Source of the DNA: Bdellovibrionota bacterium
GTDB taxonomy: Bacteria; Bdellovibrionota_C; UBA2361; JBGSMV01
Direction: 5' to 3'
Length of the DNA: 64,000 bases
Assembly: GCA_041739995.1 (NCBI GenBank)
Contig: JBGSMV010000029.1
Location: forward strand, 80,371 to 144,370
Both the position numbers and the translations under genes were made by a program. The notes beneath the pieces were generated by a model. The model did no database searches. It saw only the letters and a program-made list of their open reading frames with translations, and was not told the DNA's origin. The number at the start of each line of letters is the position of its first letter. The stretch's first letter is position 1. Shown here one piece after another: positions 57,913-64,000 of the stretch.

Positions 57913-59358
57913 ATGACGAGCGAATTTGACTACGACATGGTGGTCATCGGGAGCGGTCCCGGTGGTCAAAAGGCGGCTATGCAGGCTGCGAAACTTGGCA
58001 AGCGAGTCGCGATCATTGATGCGCGCGCTCAGGTGGGAGGAGCCTGTCTCTACGACGGTACTATCCCGAGTAAATCTTTCAGAGAAGCGATTCTCCATCT
58101 TTCTGGGTACCGAGAACGCAGTCATTACGGAAAGGCATATCGCGTCAAACAGTCGGTCATGATGGAAGATCTTACCGGCCGAACTGACGACATCGTTGAA
58201 GAGATTGAACAAACGATGCGTTCACAGTTGATTCGCAACAACATTGAGGTGCTCGAAGGTTTCGGTTCACTCATTGACCAGAATCGGGTTCGAGTGACAC
58301 TGAAAAATAGAAGTCAAGAACTCTATACAAAGTACATCGTGATTGCGACCGGCACTCGTCCGTGGCATCCGCCCGGCTTTGAGTTCGACGGCGAAATCAT
58401 TCTCGACTCAGACTCTGTTCTCCATATGAAGGCATTACCGCGCTCGATCAGCATCGTGGGCGGAGGAGTCATCGGCTGTGAGTATGGATCTATGTTTGCG
58501 GCGCTGGGAATCAAGGTTACGTTGGTAGAAGCGCGTGGCAGCATATTGGGATTTGTTGATCGTGAACTCGTTGACTCTTTGGTCTATAAACTGCGTGAAC
58601 AAAAAGTACTGGTCGTGACCAGTGATAAAGTAGTGAGATGCGCCCGGTCTCCGGACGGTCGAGCGGTTACATTCCTCGAAAGTGGAAAACGCATAGTGAC
58701 TGAAGTGCTGCTCGTCTCTGCAGGACGCGTCGGAAATGTCGAAGGATTGAATTTGGCATCGGTCGCAGTAACCGCAAGCGAGCGCGGGCTGATCAAGGTC
58801 AATGAGAATTACCAGACTAGCACTCCATCGATCTACGCAGTAGGTGATGTGATTGGAGCTCCTTCGCTCGCGTCCACTTCCCTAGAGCAAGGTCGACGAG
58901 CGGCGTGCCACGCCTTTAGCTTGGCCGATATCGGTGCCCGCGCACCGATTCCGTATGGCATATATACCATTCCAGAAATCTCGATGGTGGGAGAGACGGA
59001 AGCGGAGCTCTCAAGCAAAAAAGTTCCCTATGAGGTCGGCATCGCGCGCTTTGGTGAAATTGAGCGTGGGAAGATCGTCGGAGATGATTCGGGGGTATTG
59101 AAACTACTCTTTCACCGACACACTCTACAGATTCTAGGGGTGCATATCATCGGCGACAGTGCGTCAGAGTTGGTGCACATTGGCCAAACGGTGATGGGAT
59201 TTAATGGCGGTATCGACTACCTTAGCCATGCAGTCTTCAACTATCCGACGCTGGGCCAAGCGTATCGAACCGCGGCGCTCGACGGTATGAATAAAGTGGT
59301 GGCGACTCAAGGGCTTCCGGATGAGGCTCCAGGGACAGAGAAATATGAGGTGAACTAG
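57913..59358 (+). CDS. sthA: Soluble (Si-specific) NAD(P)+ transhydrogenase
   Basis: GSGPGG, GGACLYDGTIPSK (CxxxxT), GIYTIPEIS, VFNYPTL. Confidence 0.93.
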   Translation: MTSEFDYDMVVIGSGPGGQKAAMQAAKLGKRVAIIDARAQVGGACLYDGTIPSKSFREAILHLSGYRERSHYGKAYRVKQSVMMEDLTGRTDDIVEEIEQTMRSQLIRNNIEVLEGFGSLIDQNRVRVTLKNRSQELYTKYIVIATGTRPWHPPGFEFDGEIILDSDSVLHMKALPRSISIVGGGVIGCEYGSMFAALGIKVTLVEARGSILGFVDRELVDSLVYKLREQKVLVVTSDKVVRCARSPDGRAVTFLESGKRIVTEVLLVSAGRVGNVEGLNLASVAVTASERGLIKVNENYQTSTPSIYAVGDVIGAPSLASTSLEQGRRAACHAFSLADIGARAPIPYGIYTIPEISMVGETEAELSSKKVPYEVGIARFGEIERGKIVGDDSGVLKLLFHRHTLQILGVHIIGDSASELVHIGQTVMGFNGGIDYLSHAVFNYPTLGQAYRTAALDGMNKVVATQGLPDEAPGTEKYEVN

Positions 59359-59390
59359 ATTTCTCATTCGCTTGGGCACCGTGCTTGACC

Positions 59391-61088
59391 TCAGCCCGGT
59401 TTGCTCTTGGACCGACGTGCTGTGCTGCGTATAGAGCGTAGCAGCGCTAACATCTCCTTGAGTTCCTTACTACCAAAAACCGCGCTAAGGGCCACATAAA
59501 GTACCACACACACGGGGACTCCCACTAAAACCTGGGTCCAGGCTGTACTGCCTTGAAGTACAAGCTGTGGGATCGCCGTGGCTAAGATTCCTAAGCTGCA
59601 GCACTGCAATGCCGCCAAAGTAGGGGCTAACCATGAAAGCGAGACTCTGCGAGACAACAGAATCGCGGCAAGGAGAAAGGAAGTCCAAGCTCCTGCGCTT
59701 GAGGCAAGTGCCAGGCCTATGTGTCCGTACGATTGGGCAATGCCGTTGGCCGAAAGATACTTATGCGCAGCGGTAAGCATGGAGAGCACAAACCCCTCTG
59801 GGGGATGGCCTGCGGAAGGATTTCCCATCAGTACGAGGGAAGAAAATACGACGATCGATAAGGAGAAAAGCCCAATTACCATAGGAGTGACGGTGTCCTG
59901 ACGCGCGATGAATGCTCGAGAAAGCAACGAGTAAATGCTCATGGCCCATATGCCAAAAGCATAGGCTTGAATTGCACTGCTGGTGCGGGCAACGGAGAGT
60001 GCGTCGAAGGCGCCACGCTCAAACGCCACTGATACCAGCGCAGGGGCGAAGAAAAAGAGCCCGCAGCTTACTGGAAAAATGACGAAGCTGGTGATTCTCA
60101 GAGAGGACTGAAGCTTTGAGACGAACGTTGATTCATCCTTGTCTGCGCTTGCGTGTGAGAGTGCGGGCAACAGCACAGACGCTAACGCAATCGAAAAAAT
60201 CCCAATGGGAAGCTGTACCAATCGGTCAGCATAAAAAAGCCAGGACACGCTGCCGGTCTCAAGCGTTGAAGCAAAAACCGTATTCAGAAATATGCCGATT
60301 TGATAGACTGCGGCACCTATGAGCGCCGGCCCGACAAGTGTCAGCATTTTCCGGGAGGCGGGGGTGAGTGGAGAGCGAGATAGTTTTAATTGAAAGCCAG
60401 CTTTGCGAAGTGCAGGGAGCTGGCTTACCACCTGAACGAGTCCTCCCGCCAACACGGAGACGGCGAGTATTACTGCTGCCGCTCGTTGTTCCATAAATTG
60501 GGCTAAGACCGCGCCGAGAATCAGGCAGGCATTCATGAAGACTTGCGCCATGGCGGCGGCTCCGAAAATGCCGCTGGCATTTAGAGCGCCATTTAAAAGT
60601 GCGACAAAACTCACGCAGATTACGAATGGCAGCATCAACTGAGTCAGCTGCACACACAGTGCAAACTGTTCGGGATCGCGTCGAAATCCGGGAGCTATGA
60701 TCTCAATAAGTGGCTCAGCGTAGAGCGAGCCGAGAAGTGCGAGGGCTAGGGTGACGGTTAAGAGCAACGTTGCGAAAGAACTGAGAGCGGACTGAGCAGC
60801 AGCTCGACTTTCCTTTAGCTCACTGGTGAATACGGGGAGAAAAGCGGAAGTCATCGCACCTTCGGCCACGAAACTTCTTAATACATTGGGAATACGAAAC
60901 GCTACGAAAAAGGCGTCAGCGACCGGAGAGGCGCCAAACATGCGCGCGACCAAGAGATCTCTAATAAATCCAAGGAAGCGGCTGACTACGGTAAGCGAGC
61001 TTACCAAAGCGGCGGAGCGAGCCGTCGAAGTAGGTTTAATTGAAGCAGGTTTGGAGCTGGTGCTCCGTATTGTTGGGGTCTCTGCCAT
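59391..61088 (-). CDS. murJ: Lipid II flippase MurJ (MviN)
   Basis: SRFLGFIRD, DAFFVAFRIPN.LR.FVAEGA, YADRLVQLPIG. Confidence 0.95.
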   Translation of the reverse strand: MAETPTIRSTSSKPASIKPTSTARSAALVSSLTVVSRFLGFIRDLLVARMFGASPVADAFFVAFRIPNVLRSFVAEGAMTSAFLPVFTSELKESRAAAQSALSSFATLLLTVTLALALLGSLYAEPLIEIIAPGFRRDPEQFALCVQLTQLMLPFVICVSFVALLNGALNASGIFGAAAMAQVFMNACLILGAVLAQFMEQRAAAVILAVSVLAGGLVQVVSQLPALRKAGFQLKLSRSPLTPASRKMLTLVGPALIGAAVYQIGIFLNTVFASTLETGSVSWLFYADRLVQLPIGIFSIALASVLLPALSHASADKDESTFVSKLQSSLRITSFVIFPVSCGLFFFAPALVSVAFERGAFDALSVARTSSAIQAYAFGIWAMSIYSLLSRAFIARQDTVTPMVIGLFSLSIVVFSSLVLMGNPSAGHPPEGFVLSMLTAAHKYLSANGIAQSYGHIGLALASSAGAWTSFLLAAILLSRRVSLSWLAPTLAALQCCSLGILATAIPQLVLQGSTAWTQVLVGVPVCVVLYVALSAVFGSKELKEMLALLRSIRSTARRSKSKPG

Positions 61089-61174
61089 ACGTGGCAGGAG
61101 GATCGCATGCGGGCGCTGCCCAGAAAAGGGTGAATGGCAGCCTTCAAGAGGGGAATCGGGATGTCCTGAAGCGG

Positions 61175-63394
61175 CTATTCGCCGCGTTCAAGCAGACGAT
61201 GCACGCGTGCCAGCATCACTCGGCTGTCGGAGGCTTTGCTGACAAAATCATCAGCACCACTATTGAGAGAGGACAGCTCATTCTCCTCACCGTCGGCTGC
61301 GGTAAGCATCAGCACGGGAATCTCTCTGGCGCGCTTGTCCTTGCGAAGGCGTTGAAGGAATTCGATGCCGCCCATGCGCGGCATCATAAGGTCACACAGA
61401 ATCAGCTCTGGGATTTTGTCAAATACCTTCTCTAGTGCATCGAGGCCATCTTCTGCCTCAACTACCTCGAACATTTCTCGTTTCAGTAGCATGGAAAGAA
61501 CCGTGCGGGTGTTCTCGTCATCCTCGATCAGCAGGATTCTGCGTCTTGAAAGCGCCGAAGTATTGGTGGAAGCTTTCGAAGAGCGGCCAAGCCGTGCTTG
61601 TTGGGCCTGGTCCTCGGCTACAAGAATCTCAAGAGATCCCAGACCACGCTCGAGCTCCTCTAGGGAAGTGACCCCTTCATTGACCAGTCCTACCCCGGCC
61701 TCCAAGAGTGAGTGAAATCCATTTTCGCGGGCGATGCTCTCAATTTCAGCTTCGCCTTTGTTGAGCCGTATGGCTTCGCGCACTGAGTCGTTAACATCCA
61801 ATATGCTATAGACACCCACGCGACCGTTGTACCCTGAGTCGTCGCAGTCTTCGCACCCTTTAGCTTGCTTCACGGTGTTGGCGTCGATGCCGAGTGATTT
61901 CTGTAGTTCGGTACTGTAGGTGCAGCCACCGACCGCGCAGCGCTGGCAAAGGCGTCTTACGAGGCGCTGCGCAACGACGGTGCCGACGGAGGAGGCGATA
62001 ATATAGGGGGCGAGGCCAATATCCTGCAGTCGGGTAAAAGCACTTGCGGCGGAATTGGTATGGAGGGTTGAGAGCACAAGGTGACCGGTCTGCGCCGCTT
62101 GCATAGCCATTTCGGCGGTCTCAGTATCGCGAATCTCTCCCACCATGATTACGTCAGGGTCTTGTCTCAGGATTGAGCGTAGTCCTTCAGCAAAGGACAC
62201 ATTGACCTTGGTATTCACTTGGATTTGGTTGATACCCTCAATTTTATATTCAATTGGATCTTCCACGGTTACAATTGAGTTTGTGCCGTCATGCAGCATC
62301 ATGAGTGTGGCGTACAGCGTGGAGGTTTTGCCTGACCCGGTCGGTCCGGTCACTAGTACCACTCGGGCGGAGCTTTTCAGGACGGTTTCTAATTGCTGCT
62401 GAGTATGTGGATCGAGTCCGAGCGAAGAGAAATTAAGCTTGGTTGCGTCGGTTGAGAGTATGCGTATCACTACACTCTCGCCGAAGGCGGTAGGGACAGT
62501 GGAGACACGCAGGTCCTTCACTCCGCTAGATGCCTTGACTCGCATTCTGCCATCTTGGGGTCGTCGTCGCTCGGCGATGTCCATACCCGCGAGCAACTTC
62601 ATCCTAGAGATCACTGCATTCTGAACGCGTGCAGGAACGGTGAATAGAGGATGCATGATGCCATCGACCCGGATCTGAATCGTGATTACCTCGCTCTCAG
62701 GCACGACGTGAATATCACTGGCGCGCTTTTGAATTGCATCCGCAATAATTTTATTTGCCAACCGCACAACCGGTGCTGCGGAGAGATCTGAACTGGTGAG
62801 AGTGGTGTCGAACTCGGAGAAGTCGTCTCCCGCGGCATTTTCTGACGGAGGCGTGTTGAGGCTGAGGCCCTCTGAATCTTTGTATACCAAGGATGCAAGA
62901 TCTTTGTCCGTGGTAGCTGAACGATGCGATCCAAGCACCTCTCGAATCGATTCCTCTCGTGCAATCGCGGGGCGTACCGCGAGCCCGGTGGTTTCACGAA
63001 TTCGTTGAAGGATCTGAAAGTCGAGAGGATTCGCGAACGCAACGGTGAGATGGGTGCCCTCAATCACGATAGGGACCGCACGGAGATCGTCCCAGATCTG
63101 TGGGCTCAGGCCCGCTAGTTTTGAATCTTTAAGTAACTGCGCTGATTTCTCTCTGGCATTTTTTTCAAGCGGCATCAGCGGAATGCTCAGCTTCTCAGCG
63201 AGAGCTTTAAGCGCTGATTGCTCGTCGAACTTGGACAAACGCGCGTACCACCAAATCGGGTGGAAGCCATCGCGCAACATTCTCTCTACCTCTGTGCCGA
63301 ACGAGCTTTCTTCAATGTCGGTAAGCAGTCCCTCTTTGGCAAGCATATGACAAAGTCGGACATGCACGTCTTTTGAGATCTTCCACTGTGACAT
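61175..63394 (-). CDS. GspE/PilB-family assembly ATPase with C-terminal receiver domain
   Basis: ASDIH, ERRRPQDG, GPTGSGKTS, TVEDPIE, LRQDPDVIMVGEIRD, CxxC..CxxC; then ILLIEDD...DLMMP...K receiver. Confidence 0.93.
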   Translation of the reverse strand: MSQWKISKDVHVRLCHMLAKEGLLTDIEESSFGTEVERMLRDGFHPIWWYARLSKFDEQSALKALAEKLSIPLMPLEKNAREKSAQLLKDSKLAGLSPQIWDDLRAVPIVIEGTHLTVAFANPLDFQILQRIRETTGLAVRPAIAREESIREVLGSHRSATTDKDLASLVYKDSEGLSLNTPPSENAAGDDFSEFDTTLTSSDLSAAPVVRLANKIIADAIQKRASDIHVVPESEVITIQIRVDGIMHPLFTVPARVQNAVISRMKLLAGMDIAERRRPQDGRMRVKASSGVKDLRVSTVPTAFGESVVIRILSTDATKLNFSSLGLDPHTQQQLETVLKSSARVVLVTGPTGSGKTSTLYATLMMLHDGTNSIVTVEDPIEYKIEGINQIQVNTKVNVSFAEGLRSILRQDPDVIMVGEIRDTETAEMAMQAAQTGHLVLSTLHTNSAASAFTRLQDIGLAPYIIASSVGTVVAQRLVRRLCQRCAVGGCTYSTELQKSLGIDANTVKQAKGCEDCDDSGYNGRVGVYSILDVNDSVREAIRLNKGEAEIESIARENGFHSLLEAGVGLVNEGVTSLEELERGLGSLEILVAEDQAQQARLGRSSKASTNTSALSRRRILLIEDDENTRTVLSMLLKREMFEVVEAEDGLDALEKVFDKIPELILCDLMMPRMGGIEFLQRLRKDKRAREIPVLMLTAADGEENELSSLNSGADDFVSKASDSRVMLARVHRLLERGE

Positions 63395-63766
63395 AATGAA
63401 GTAGTCCTTTGATGGGCATCAAGGCAGAGATATCCCACGCACGAACGATGAGCATCTTCGCGCCATGTTTCTCTGGGAGCCTCCCCAAGAGATCTTCGGC
63501 ATCTAGGTGGATTTGCTATAGGGCAGGATTGACGCGAGAATTTTGCCTTTTGAGAGAGCGAGCCTCGCAGGTAACATGTTGATACAATTGCATGTAGTAA
63601 GGGGTAGGGAGCGCTCGTCCTCGCCTCCCACCGAAGGCGAGCATGGTAGCTGAACGGGGGGGGCTAAAAATGTGAATTTAGTTCGTTCTTTAGATGAGTT
63701 ACAGAGCACAGAAGTGGTTGAGGCCGGCATAACAGAGCGTCGACTACCGTTTCTTAAGTCTGGTCA

Positions 63767-63893
63767 CTATGGAGTCTGTGACACAGCCTTGTTTGTGAGA
63801 GTCCGCCTTGGCTCGCATTTTACTATGCGGTTATTTGATTTGAGTAGGCTTGCGCGGGACGTCGTAGTCTGCGCCTGCGTCATAGACTGCTAG
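63767..63893 (-). mobile_element. MITE-like element family C, complete copy
   Basis: GGAGTCTGTGACACAG...CTGCGTCATAGACTGCTAG inverted ends; interior homologous to 35889-35995. Confidence 0.8.
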
Positions 63894-64000
63894 GAAATCT
63901 GGAATGGGCCCATCGAAAGAGCCAAGTGTAAACGTCACCGGGAGTTTTCTTTCCCCGCGTGCTCGCGCCTGTGGCCTCGAAGGAGTAGTTCGAGAGGCAT

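Noticed and set aside
543-63893. Numerous short or antisense ORFs in the six-frame track, e.g. 33241-33933, 32036-32692, 18991-19584, 5625-6233
   Set aside because: They are shadows of well-supported genes on the other strand or frame, with no motifs or RBS.

Overview
A 64-kb, roughly 53% GC stretch of bacterial chromosome, probably from a flagellated 'deltaproteobacterium' sensu lato (Bdellovibrionota/Oligoflexia-like; inferred from the flgFGAHIJMNKL-csrA-fliW gene order and the many orphan genes). Most of it is housekeeping: folP, pheST, acyP, slyD, rsmE, tRNA-Pro(CGG), archaeal/eukaryote-type proS, trhO, sufC-sufD-Rieske-sufU, purM, rpmB, sthA and murJ. It also carries flagellar genes, signalling genes (HDOD, STAS, REC-anti-sigma kinase), T2SS/T4P parts (GspK, a PilB/GspE ATPase fused to a receiver domain) and several secreted repeat proteins. 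There is no transposase, integrase, CRISPR array or prophage. The non-coding DNA holds the most unexplained structure. (1) Three unrelated families of 120-160-bp non-autonomous inverted-repeat elements (10 copies), nearly all bounded by CTAG or a near variant, often sitting on TAG stop codons or stacked end to end. (2) A fourth, REP/REPIN-like hairpin family. (3) A sigma54 promoter in front of a ~300-nt, strongly helical segment with no convincing ORF (candidate ncRNA). (4) A 783-bp insertion that replaced the 3' end of an MFS gene with a diverged homologous tail and carries a Cys-rich gene. At protein level, PheRS has substitutions at several normally near-invariant active-site positions. All calls come from reading the sequence by eye; no database searches or folding programs were run.
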